64,000 bases of DNA from Candidatus Sungiibacteriota bacterium. Its GTDB lineage: Bacteria > Patescibacteriota > Minisyncoccia > Sungbacterales > HO2-52-23. Position 1 is the first letter of the stretch; each line of letters starts with the position of its first letter. A program made the position numbers and the translations under genes. This document shows positions 49,091 to 58,357 of the stretch, piece by piece. The stretch is from assembly GCA_016432465.1 (NCBI GenBank), contig CP066690.1, positions 250,702-314,701 on the forward strand. Direction: 5' to 3'. Below the pieces are notes generated by a model, which worked only from the letters and a program-made list of their open reading frames with translations, did not search any database and was not told the DNA's origin.

Positions 49091-49236
49091 TTAAGGGGGT
49101 GACGACTTAAGGCTCTTGCATAATAATTTTCGTTACGATTCGTTACGAAAGGTTACTGTGCAAGAGATCTTAAGTCGCCCTCCTGCCAAAGTTTGCTTTA
49201 AGTTGGGTTAACTTTGGCAGGAGGGGATTATCCGTA

Positions 49237-49367
49237 TTTATCCCCCCACCTTCCCAGAATACCCTACAGCTTGGGAAGTCAGACTTCCCTTGCTGCGGGG
49301 ATGAATGGGTGCCGTAGAAATCCTTCCCGAGGGGTCCAACACCCGCTGGGAAGGTGGGGGGATTTAT
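49237..49367. mobile_element. MITE-like repeat family A, copy 3
   Basis: Near-identical to 38198-38328, with TTTAT duplications. Confidence 0.85.
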
Positions 49368-49431
49368 TTTAATAAAGAAAAACAGCGCTTGCGCTGTTTT
49401 TCTTTTTCTTAAAAAATTATAAAGTAACCAC

Positions 49432-51537
49432 ATGGCTGACATCCGTATCCACACCCCCATAGAGCAAGTCCCGGCCATCAGGAAAAGGATCATTCCGTCC
49501 CTGAAGCGTCTGGGTATAAAAACCATACGCGATCTTTTGTTTCATTTTCCTTCGCGCTACGAAGATTTTTCAAATTTAAAAACAGTCCAAACCCTTGAGG
49601 CCGGCGAAACGGTCACTATCCAAGGATACGTGAAAAGAGTAACCAATCGCCGGACTCCCCGAAAAAGAATGTTTTTAACCGAAGCCGTAATAAATGACGG
49701 AACGGGAAATATAAAAGCCCTGTGGTTCAACCAGCCCTTTCTCGTAAGAAACATAAAATCCGGAAACATAGTGAGTTTGTCGGGCAAAGTAGCGTGGGGG
49801 CAGGGCGGATTGTATCTTCAGAATCCTGCCTACGAGAGAATTCATAATTCAGAGTTTAAAACAACTAGTTCACAAGGAACACATACCGGAGGACTGGTGG
49901 CTATGTATCCGGAAACGGAAGGTATTTCTTCCCGCTGGTTAAGATATCTTATAAAGTCGTTCCTGAGCTTTAGGAAGGAACTTGCTGATCCCCTTCCTTC
50001 GGAGACTAGAAAAAGACACATGCTGTCCGATATTTATACGGCCTTGCAAAACATTCATTTCCCCCAAAACACACAAGAGGCGGAGGGGGCACGCCGCAGG
50101 TTTAGTTTTGAACAGATGCTTTTTATACAGCTTCGGGCCCTGAAAGAACGTATGCGCCTCAAAAAATTCAGCGCACCAGCTATTTCCTTGAATCTCCCGC
50201 TCCTGAAAAAATTTGTAAACTCTCTTCCCTATGAGCTAACCGACGCCCAACGCCGTTCCGTCTGGGAAATTGTGCAGGATATTTCCAAACCCCGCCCTAT
50301 GAACCGCCTGCTGGAAGGAGACGTAGGGTCCGGCAAAACAGTAGTTGCGGCTGCGGCTTCACTCCTTGCTATTCAGGAGGGGTACGAAGTCGCCTTTATG
50401 GCGCCGACAGAGATTCTTGCCAAGCAGCACTACTCAACGCTTGAAAAAATATTACACCCTTTTGGGGTTCGGGTTGGACTTCTTACCGGATCCGAAAAAA
50501 ACAAACGTAGTAACACCCTGCTCTGTGTAGGAACTCACGCCTTAATACAAAAAAACGCCCACTTTAAAAATCTGGGGTTGGTGATTGTTGATGAACAGCA
50601 TCGTTTTGGCGTGGAGCAACGCGCCCAGCTTGCCAAAAACAGTTCCGGTTCCCTTCCCCATTTCTTGTCTATGAGCGCCACACCCATCCCCCGGACATTG
50701 GCTCTCACCGTATATGGAGATCTTGACCTTTCTATACTGGACGAGCTGCCTAAAAACCGCAGGGAAATTATTACTAAAATTATCGGGCCCGGGAAACGGG
50801 AAGAAACATATCAATTCATCCGGGAAGGGGTGAAGCGGGGGGGACAGGCGTTTGTGATTTGCCCGAGAATAGAAGTCGGGGGTCAGGGATTGAAAATCGG
50901 AAAAATATCCCAACAGAAACTGCTTCTGGCCGACACCAAGACCGTGAAAGAGGAATATAAAAAACTATCCGAGAAAATTTTCCCGGATTTAAATGTGGGC
51001 ATACTCCACGGAAAGATGCCCGCCAAAGGCGGGTCCGCCTCCGGCGGAAAATCAAAAGAGCAAACTATGAAAGAATTCAAAGAAGGTAAGATAGATATTC
51101 TCGTCTCCACGTCGGTGGTGGAAGTAGGGGTGGACATACCCAACGCCACCATCATGGTGATTGAGGGAGCGGAAAAGTTTGGGCTGGCCCAACTTCATCA
51201 ATTTCGCGGTCGTGTGGGCAGAGGCGAACATCAATCTTACTGCTTCCTTTTTCCCACCGAGAATGGACTTGTAACCAAGCGGCTTAGGGCAGTGGTGGAG
51301 GCCAAGAACGGGTTTGAACTGGCAGAAAAAGATCTGGAAATCCGGGGGCCGGGAGACTTATTTGGCATACGCCAATGGGGAGTTCCGGACGTTGTATTGG
51401 CTGACATAAACAATGCCCGCCTGGTACGGGAAGTACGCGTTGCGGCCTTGGAGCTTATTAAAAAAGACCCTTCTTTGACCGGCTACCCCTTACTTTTGGA
51501 AGAACTCAAGCGCAGCCACACCCTTCATCTTGAATAA
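49432..51537 (+). CDS. recG: ATP-dependent DNA helicase RecG
   Basis: OB wedge, GDVGSGKT, DEQHRFG, SATPIPRT, QLHQFRGRVGRG, DLEIRGPG. Confidence 0.97.
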   Translation: MADIRIHTPIEQVPAIRKRIIPSLKRLGIKTIRDLLFHFPSRYEDFSNLKTVQTLEAGETVTIQGYVKRVTNRRTPRKRMFLTEAVINDGTGNIKALWFNQPFLVRNIKSGNIVSLSGKVAWGQGGLYLQNPAYERIHNSEFKTTSSQGTHTGGLVAMYPETEGISSRWLRYLIKSFLSFRKELADPLPSETRKRHMLSDIYTALQNIHFPQNTQEAEGARRRFSFEQMLFIQLRALKERMRLKKFSAPAISLNLPLLKKFVNSLPYELTDAQRRSVWEIVQDISKPRPMNRLLEGDVGSGKTVVAAAASLLAIQEGYEVAFMAPTEILAKQHYSTLEKILHPFGVRVGLLTGSEKNKRSNTLLCVGTHALIQKNAHFKNLGLVIVDEQHRFGVEQRAQLAKNSSGSLPHFLSMSATPIPRTLALTVYGDLDLSILDELPKNRREIITKIIGPGKREETYQFIREGVKRGGQAFVICPRIEVGGQGLKIGKISQQKLLLADTKTVKEEYKKLSEKIFPDLNVGILHGKMPAKGGSASGGKSKEQTMKEFKEGKIDILVSTSVVEVGVDIPNATIMVIEGAEKFGLAQLHQFRGRVGRGEHQSYCFLFPTENGLVTKRLRAVVEAKNGFELAEKDLEIRGPGDLFGIRQWGVPDVVLADINNARLVREVRVAALELIKKDPSLTGYPLLLEELKRSHTLHLE

Positions 51538-51646
51538 ATCCCCCCACCTTCCCAGCGGGGTATTGGACCCCGCGGGAAGGATTTCTACGGCGCCCATTCA
51601 CCCCCACAGCTTGCTGCGGGGTATTCTGGGAAGGTGAGGGGATAAA
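51534..51646. mobile_element. MITE-like repeat family A, copy 4
   Basis: ATAAA duplications; begins at the recG stop codon. Confidence 0.82.
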
Positions 51647-51684
51647 ATTAAAACACGGCTCTGTGACAGCCGTGCTTCGGAAAC

Positions 51685-52920
51685 TCAAAGTGTCCTAAAC
51701 ACTTTAGCAATACGGATAAGTGCCAGTTTAAGCACGTCTTTTTCAATGATAAGGGGCGGTGAAAAACGAATTACGTTCTCGTGCGCATCCTTGCAGAGAA
51801 TCCGCTCCCCGCGCAAGGCGTCAACAAATCTGGCAGCTCCTCCTGCCTCGGGCCGCAATTCAATTCCCACCAAAAGACCCCTTCCACGCACCTCTTTTAT
51901 GTAAGGACTATAGATATTTTTAAGCTCGGATATAAAAAATTCTCCAAGTTCGGCAGCGCGCTGCGGCAGGTTTTCCCGCACAAGCAAATGCATCTCTTCA
52001 CGCGCCACGGCACAAGCCAGCGGATTTCCGCCAAAAGTGCTTCCGTGATCTCCGGGTTCAAAAACATCCATAAGTTCATTTATCCCTACTACTGCAGAAA
52101 TTCCCAAGCCGCCACCCAAGCCCTTACCCAGAAGCATTGCGTCCGGAAAAGACCCGTCATGCATATAAGCAAACATCTTACCTGTTCTGCCCAAACCAGT
52201 TTGAACCTCGTCCAGAATCATCAAAACGTGGTGAGCATCGCATATTTGACGAACATCGTTTAAGTAGCCGTCCGGAGGAACCAAAATTCCACCCTCGCCC
52301 TGAATAGGCTCAACAATAATGGCTGCGGTGTTGGGGTTGATCGCTTCTTCAAAAGCTCTGGCATCACCAAATGGTATTTTTTTAAACCCGGGAACCGGCG
52401 GACCAAAAAGATCATAGTACTGGGGAACGGTTGAAGCGCTTATAGCCCCGATGGTCCGGCCATGGAAATTGTTTTTACAAACAACGATCTCGGCCTGATC
52501 TTTGGGAACTACTTTTTCTGTATAAACATCTTTTCTGGTGTAAGCCCATTTGCGCGCGAGCTTGACGGCGCTATCAAAGACCTCTGCCCCGCTGGTCATA
52601 AAAAGAACCTTGTCCATGCCCGTAAACTCGGCCAGTTCCTTAGCACAAAGAATTTTCTGCTCTTCCCAAAGACAATTCGCATTGGCCGTAAGTTTACCCG
52701 CCTGACGAATGATGGCTTTTAGGATTTGGGGATGAACATGCCCGGGTGCAAGAGCGGAGTAACAAGAAAGCAGATCAACAAAAACCCGATCTTCAACATC
52801 ATAAAGCAGTACGCCTTGCCCCCGACTGACTACTAAGTCATCGGGCGGATCATAATTTCTGGGCAAATATTTATACGCTAACTCCACCAACTCTCTGATG
52901 GTTAAAGTGCGTTCACTCAT
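51685..52920 (-). CDS. rocD: ornithine aminotransferase (class III PLP)
   Basis: NFHGRTI..IS.S, EPIQGEGG, DEVQTGLGRTG, PGDHGSTFGGNPLAC, LCKDAHENVIRF.PPL. Confidence 0.87.
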   Translation of the reverse strand: MSERTLTIRELVELAYKYLPRNYDPPDDLVVSRGQGVLLYDVEDRVFVDLLSCYSALAPGHVHPQILKAIIRQAGKLTANANCLWEEQKILCAKELAEFTGMDKVLFMTSGAEVFDSAVKLARKWAYTRKDVYTEKVVPKDQAEIVVCKNNFHGRTIGAISASTVPQYYDLFGPPVPGFKKIPFGDARAFEEAINPNTAAIIVEPIQGEGGILVPPDGYLNDVRQICDAHHVLMILDEVQTGLGRTGKMFAYMHDGSFPDAMLLGKGLGGGLGISAVVGINELMDVFEPGDHGSTFGGNPLACAVAREEMHLLVRENLPQRAAELGEFFISELKNIYSPYIKEVRGRGLLVGIELRPEAGGAARFVDALRGERILCKDAHENVIRFSPPLIIEKDVLKLALIRIAKVFRTL

Positions 52921-52987
52921 GGGCCCGTACCATTGTTGTCAACAAACCGTAAAAAGCGTATCACAGGCTACAAAAAATTACAAATTT

Positions 52988-53010
52988 AAAAGGCGGTTGG
53001 ACCGCCTTTT
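52988..53010. terminator. intrinsic terminator after the PafA-like gene
   Basis: AAAAGGCGGT-TGG-ACCGCCTTTT. Confidence 0.65.
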
Positions 53011-53015
53011 ATGAA

Positions 53016-54566
53016 CTAAACAATGAGCCGTTCCTTAAGAATTTTTTTAATTAGTTCTTCGGCCCTACGAAGCGCTTGTGTATTACTCCTGCCCGTGGGA
53101 TCGTTATTAACTGCGGCAGGATCAAACGACATCAGTATTATGTGTGACCACGAATGTCCAAGGGGCGCAAGCAGACGATTGCGGCGCGCCTGCCTTAATA
53201 CTTCCACCCGCCAAGCAGCACGAGTGGCCGGAGGATGTTTACGTGCTTCTGCAACTTCCTCGTCGGAAAAAAGCGTTTCCACGCGGCCCGAACGTACAAG
53301 CTGCGGCCAAATTCCCCAGTCGTCCAAAGCGGTTAATTGATGGTGCAGCATTAGTAAATACTCACTAAGTGAAATTTGCTTGCCGTGATGTTCTATCCTT
53401 ACTTCATGGCAAGCATCCCACGAAGTGTTGTACTGGGCGAGCTTTTTTTCAAAAAGCAAGTATTTAAACCAGCATTCGGAAACACCGGCAAGGAGGGTTG
53501 GGTCCTGCCCCAAAAGCCGGAGAATTTCTTCAAACCGATACAGCACGTCCTGGTCTTCAGCAGTAAGAGAGAGTTTATCTGCGTTTTCCCAAATTAATTC
53601 CAGATACCGCCTTTGAACTTCAAGGGCCGTGAGGGTTATGGCCGAAGCAAAATGTATGGGGGTTTTAAGTGTCGGATCACACGCTAAAATATGAAAGTCG
53701 TTAAGAATTTCTCTGTACTGATATGTCTCAAACCTAGGAAAACAGCGCGGAAAGCAGTTGTTGGCTAGGAGCCGTAGAACCAAGCTGGTCATGCCAGCTT
53801 CTACGTAAGTAATGGTGTCAGAAAGCAAGGGATCGCCCTCAATAAGCTGCAGACGCTTCCATTGGGGTAAATCGTATGATTTGTAATCTGAAAAACGGCC
53901 TGTACAGATAAGTGGACGGCGAACCGTGGTTTCACTTGAAATAGTCCCCTGAATTGCCAGCGCCCGCGGAGAAAGAGTAAAAATAATTTCCTTATCGGAG
54001 TTTGGCCAAGAGTCCAAATTTTTAGGTCCGTACAAACGAGGAGCAATGCCGCCCTGTCCTGCCCAAACAACCTTGGTCACCAGAAACGGGCCAAGATAAC
54101 TAAGCAAAAATTCGTTGGGAATACGTTGCGGTATGCGGAAATTACGGTGCAAACCCCACCAATTACCACGCCAATCGGTGCTAGCCTTTAAAAGGTGGTA
54201 CGAACCCTGCGGCAGGGAAAATCGTTTGGGGTTTTGGCAAACTCTTAAAAATCGGCCTAGAATTTCAGCATCAGCGGCGCGGCTGTAAAGTGCGGCCTCA
54301 CGCGCCCCACGGCATTCCGGCGTAGCTGCCTCCAAATGGTGATAAAAACCACGCCTCAACTCTTGAGATACACGCAGCGGATGATCAATATAAATGCGGC
54401 CGCCCATGGAATTTTCATAATCAAGAACGCGATGGTCTATTAAACATTCAGTGGCTTGTTTTAAAACAGTGCGGTAAGTCAGTTCGGGTAAGGACGTGCC
54501 GTCTTCGGGGGTAAAACTTATAGCAAATTCCTGCTCAAAACCAATAATAACGTCTTCGGGCAACAT
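53016..54566 (-). CDS. divergent PafA/Dop (Pup-ligase family) paralogue
   Basis: IIGFEQEF, GGRIYID...HLEAATPEC, WWGLHRNF, LSPRA, TT.RRPLI, RLQLI.GD, PP.TRA..R. Confidence 0.82.
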   Translation of the reverse strand: MLPEDVIIGFEQEFAISFTPEDGTSLPELTYRTVLKQATECLIDHRVLDYENSMGGRIYIDHPLRVSQELRRGFYHHLEAATPECRGAREAALYSRAADAEILGRFLRVCQNPKRFSLPQGSYHLLKASTDWRGNWWGLHRNFRIPQRIPNEFLLSYLGPFLVTKVVWAGQGGIAPRLYGPKNLDSWPNSDKEIIFTLSPRALAIQGTISSETTVRRPLICTGRFSDYKSYDLPQWKRLQLIEGDPLLSDTITYVEAGMTSLVLRLLANNCFPRCFPRFETYQYREILNDFHILACDPTLKTPIHFASAITLTALEVQRRYLELIWENADKLSLTAEDQDVLYRFEEILRLLGQDPTLLAGVSECWFKYLLFEKKLAQYNTSWDACHEVRIEHHGKQISLSEYLLMLHHQLTALDDWGIWPQLVRSGRVETLFSDEEVAEARKHPPATRAAWRVEVLRQARRNRLLAPLGHSWSHIILMSFDPAAVNNDPTGRSNTQALRRAEELIKKILKERLIV

Positions 54567-54618
54567 AAAACCACCCGGTTTTCAGGAACTAGTTATAGCA
54601 TAGGAGTGTTTAGAAATT

Positions 54619-56205
54619 TTACAAGCTTTGGTGCTGATTACTCCGGGGATTGCGTAATTTTGGCGTCACCCAAAAACTCATGTATTTCCCCAGCATTAAA
54701 CGAGTTTGCGCGTCAATCCCCGGAACAGAACCAAAAGTAATAATAGTCAGGGGAAGAAACGCCCACTGCAATATCATAGAAAGCCAAAGATACTTTTTTT
54801 TATGGGGCGGGCGGGGCGGAAGAAGAGAAGAAGAAATAATAGCAGAGGTTATAATACCAGCCATGGAAAGCGTCATTAAAAGTCTGGTAATACGCGGGAG
54901 ATTATAAGAAAGAACTGTCACGTTAAATTTGGCGCCGCCAAGAATCAGGGGCAGCCAACCCAGAAGAAAAATAATCAGGGCGTTGGTCGCCCAAGACCAA
55001 AAACCCTCAAGTTGTACAAAAGACCAGTAAAGCTTTGGACGAAAAGAGATTTTTTTATTTTTTAGAAAACCAAACACAAGATACGGAAAATTTTCCACTC
55101 CCCAGCCCCAACGCCGCTGTTGTTTATATACATTTTTAACGGTCTCCCCCAATGTACGTCCGACGTTGGCATCCATGGAAACCGGATAAAAAAGCGGGAC
55201 CGTCCTCCAGTCTCCGTCATAAAAAAGAAGCGACTGCCAAAAAATACGGGAGTCTTCGGATACAATGTTGGTTTGCCAATAGTTCATTTCAACCAAGGGC
55301 TTGAGCGGTATGGAATGCGAAGAAAACGTGGAAAGACGCTCGGCTCGCGCCTGCTGCATCATCTGCCAAAAAGTGCCGGAGGAGGCCACCACTCGCGAAA
55401 AAAAAGGCGCATCCCAAATGTTGTTATTATAAATAGGAATCGGCTGATAAGAGGAGCGAAGCGGATGCGCGGTTGTCAGATAATGATATGTTATTACCCC
55501 GAAATAATGCGGATAAATGCGTGTATCAATGTCAAAAGATGAAACTAAAACCTGCTCGTATTGAATTCCCAGACTATCAATAATTTTTTCTTTGGCCTCT
55601 CTTGCGGCCCATGTTTCGTTGGCCCCCTTCCCCGGAATTTCGCCCGCAATATCAGTCGGGTGCTCGCTTATTATAAATTTAAAAAAGGACCTGCTAAATT
55701 CCTGTCCAAGGCGACTGGCTATGAATCTTGCTTCCTCTCCGGCCCGCTCCTCTACGCCCAAGACTAAAATAATTTTATCTTTAGGGTAATGCGCCTGTTG
55801 GATCGCTTCCAGAGATCCGCGCACCACCCCATACGGCTCTTTATAAAAGGGTAAAATAACCAGATGGTAGATATCGCGCCAGTTTTCTACTTTAAGTTGC
55901 GGGTTGTAAGCCCTAATCTCCTCAAGTTTCGCCAACCAGTCCAATTTTAAATGCTGCTTCATCTTTTTGTAGCTGGCGCGGAGATGCCAAGATAGAAATA
56001 TGGTTTTGAGAAGCCAGTAAGCGTCAAAAATAACAATAAAAAGGCTCGCCGCAGCCGGTGCGCGCCAGGAAATAAAAATAATACCGGCCAGGGTGGCCCA
56101 GAGCATTATGCCGGGAACTGTTTCCAAAAATCTAAAAAGGTAGTATCCGCGTGCTAACGAAACATCAGCGGCCCGTCCCAATCTAAAGTAATTTTTTTTC
56201 TCCAT
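54619..56205 (-). CDS. membrane GT2-family glycosyltransferase
   Basis: GKGAN, FDID, SED and QQRRW (QxxRW) motifs with multiple TMs. Confidence 0.88.
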   Translation of the reverse strand: MEKKNYFRLGRAADVSLARGYYLFRFLETVPGIMLWATLAGIIFISWRAPAAASLFIVIFDAYWLLKTIFLSWHLRASYKKMKQHLKLDWLAKLEEIRAYNPQLKVENWRDIYHLVILPFYKEPYGVVRGSLEAIQQAHYPKDKIILVLGVEERAGEEARFIASRLGQEFSRSFFKFIISEHPTDIAGEIPGKGANETWAAREAKEKIIDSLGIQYEQVLVSSFDIDTRIYPHYFGVITYHYLTTAHPLRSSYQPIPIYNNNIWDAPFFSRVVASSGTFWQMMQQARAERLSTFSSHSIPLKPLVEMNYWQTNIVSEDSRIFWQSLLFYDGDWRTVPLFYPVSMDANVGRTLGETVKNVYKQQRRWGWGVENFPYLVFGFLKNKKISFRPKLYWSFVQLEGFWSWATNALIIFLLGWLPLILGGAKFNVTVLSYNLPRITRLLMTLSMAGIITSAIISSSLLPPRPPHKKKYLWLSMILQWAFLPLTIITFGSVPGIDAQTRLMLGKYMSFWVTPKLRNPRSNQHQSL

Positions 56206-56293
56206 GGTACGTTTAGCGTTACATATTGAGTTATAAAAATCAAAAATGTCGGGAGTAAAACCCGACAAGATTGCGATTAAACGGCGGATAAAC

Positions 56294-57937
56294 TCACCAA
56301 GCAGATCCTATCTCTCTCAAAAGGTCCTGCGGCCTTCCTTTTTCCAGCTCCCGTACCCGAAAAAGATAGGGGTTGGGATTTTGAATCGTCCTGAAAATCT
56401 TATAAGAGCCCGGCAATGAGACTTCGGCCTGACGAATAGTTATACCTTCCCAGCCGCACCCCTGCAGTGCTAAATTCTGTTTAACCCCCTCTGTCTCTAT
56501 CCAGCGGAAAATTTTTTCACGCCAGGCGGCTCTGGTATAGGGCGGAGGGTTATCAGCAGCGCGCTCTATTTCCTCCTTTTTAAACAACCGCTTAACTTTT
56601 TCCTGCTCCAGCAAAATACCGTAAGAACTTTTGTCAGTCTCTACATTGGCATACTCCACTAAAAGGTGTAAAAGATAATCTATAAGTTTAGCGCGGCCCC
56701 TACGGGTTTCCAAAGGAATATCGCGGGGTATATTTTTTTCTCCGGCGTTACGATAATAAGACGGCAGAGGGGCAATAAGTTGCTCAACTTCAAGGCCGAG
56801 TCGGGCCAAAAGCGGAGTTATACAATAGTAAAGTATGGCTGCCCAATCAAGGATCTGGGCAAGATAGGCAAGATCCCAACGGTCTAGAGCGTCAATCACT
56901 TTTTCCCAAAGCTCAAGCGCCATGCGTCGCTCCGGAGTAAGTTCCCCCCGTCCCTCATCTATATAGCGGTGCACCTCACCTATATAGAAGCGCTGAAAAT
57001 CAAGGGCGTTCCATTTTTCCCCACCAGCCAAAAAAACGACTTTTTTTGACTTTATGTCAGCGTTGAAAAAGGTCGCCCTTTCTGCAACACTATTCAATCT
57101 TCCATCTCTAATTAAAGGGAGAATCGGCAGAAATTCGTTCTCTTCAAGCAGCATAAGCATTAGATCAAAGGTGCCATATTTTAAAAAGAGCTGCCATTCA
57201 GACATATTGGAGTTTCCGGAAATGTCATGGAGTCTCCGCCAGCAGTCTTTATCCGCATGGGGCTCGTCTCTGGTATTAATAAAAGCCCTGTCTATCCCGG
57301 TAGTATCCGGGCCGTCATATTTAGTCATTAGGTTAGCGCGCTGCGAAAGGTAAAACCGTACCCATCCTCCGGCAAGTGGTTCAACCCACCCATTGCCAAT
57401 AATACAGGGGCGGGTCATAAGAAACGGTACGAGGTGTCTTCGTAAAACTTCGTAGCCAATACGCCGCGGGATCAAATAATTAGCGTGGTGACCCCATGTT
57501 TCCAGAAACCCAGACGCATTGAAGTACTCACAGTTGCGGTTACCCTTGTAAAAATGCACTTTCGGATATTGCGGTTTAAGCGTGCGGAAAAGACGCACGC
57601 CGTCAGCCACCATCTCCATGCCGGCAACTTCGTGCAGAACCGCTTCTCTGGTGCCTCTACACTCCGGGCTTGCATACTCAAGGTGGTTATTACGTTCACT
57701 ATAGCATTGTCCCTGATTGGGAAGCACAAAACGACCGCAGGTAAAACTGCGAACCGATTCAATATCCAGGGCTCCTCTTATGATACAGGCATGGATTATA
57801 CGCGATAGAACTTCACGAAGAAAAGCATTGGTGTAATATCCCGATGGCCCGATGACGCGTGTCCCGAGTTCCAGCTCCAGGCCGATGATACGGTGCTTTA
57901 TACGTTTGGGTCCGCCTCTATTGTTGACCTGACCCAT
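56294..57937 (-). CDS. PafA-like Pup-ligase family protein
   Basis: RIIGLELELG, HLEYASPEC, WGHHANY, YLSQRA, INTRDEPHAD..WRRLH.I.GNSNMSE, LDW, PP.TRA; GGAG RBS before ATG 57937. Confidence 0.87.
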   Translation of the reverse strand: MGQVNNRGGPKRIKHRIIGLELELGTRVIGPSGYYTNAFLREVLSRIIHACIIRGALDIESVRSFTCGRFVLPNQGQCYSERNNHLEYASPECRGTREAVLHEVAGMEMVADGVRLFRTLKPQYPKVHFYKGNRNCEYFNASGFLETWGHHANYLIPRRIGYEVLRRHLVPFLMTRPCIIGNGWVEPLAGGWVRFYLSQRANLMTKYDGPDTTGIDRAFINTRDEPHADKDCWRRLHDISGNSNMSEWQLFLKYGTFDLMLMLLEENEFLPILPLIRDGRLNSVAERATFFNADIKSKKVVFLAGGEKWNALDFQRFYIGEVHRYIDEGRGELTPERRMALELWEKVIDALDRWDLAYLAQILDWAAILYYCITPLLARLGLEVEQLIAPLPSYYRNAGEKNIPRDIPLETRRGRAKLIDYLLHLLVEYANVETDKSSYGILLEQEKVKRLFKKEEIERAADNPPPYTRAAWREKIFRWIETEGVKQNLALQGCGWEGITIRQAEVSLPGSYKIFRTIQNPNPYLFRVRELEKGRPQDLLREIGSAW

Positions 57938-58084
57938 AGGACCGCACTCCGCCTTGCTTATCAAAGTACATAACCATAGTAACAAAATATAAATAAAGCG
58001 CCAGAGCTCTGCTCTGGCTTTTGGGGCTTACTAAGACCTCTTGTACAATAACCCTTCGTAACGAAAGTTATTATGCAAAAGTCT

Positions 58085-58282
58085 TTACTCGCCACCTCTT
58101 TGTACGTAACTTCTTACAAACTCCTCCGCGTTTCCTTCCAACGTTGCATCAATATCTTCCAGAAGTTTATCCATATCTTCTTTTAGCTTCTTGCTTTTTT
58201 TCTCAGCGGCCTGACTGACTTTTTCTTCTTCGCTTTCTGGCTTGTCCTTTACTTTTTCTGCGTTCTTTTGCTCTTCCGCCAC
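58085..58282 (-). CDS. pup: prokaryotic ubiquitin-like protein Pup (65 aa, ends GGE)
   Basis: GGGAGG RBS then GTG-AEEQ..; C-terminus DKLLEDIDATLEGNAEEFVRSYVQRGGE closely matches the actinobacterial Pup consensus. Confidence 0.93.
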   Translation of the reverse strand: MAEEQKNAEKVKDKPESEEEKVSQAAEKKSKKLKEDMDKLLEDIDATLEGNAEEFVRSYVQRGGE

Positions 58283-58357
58283 TTCTGCCTCCCTTTGGTG
58301 GCCCTTATTGAAGTTTAACACAGCGCCGTAAATAATGCAATCCGATATCCAATAGAT

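Noticed and set aside
58038-58082. loxP- or dif-like site
   Set aside because: Only superficial ATAAC..TTCGTA similarity; spacer geometry does not fit and no cognate recombinase is present
58085-58321. UBact call and the 78-aa ORF start
   Set aside because: The C-terminus is GGE with a Pup-type helix rather than the R[ST]G[EQ] end of UBact; the RBS supports GTG at 58282
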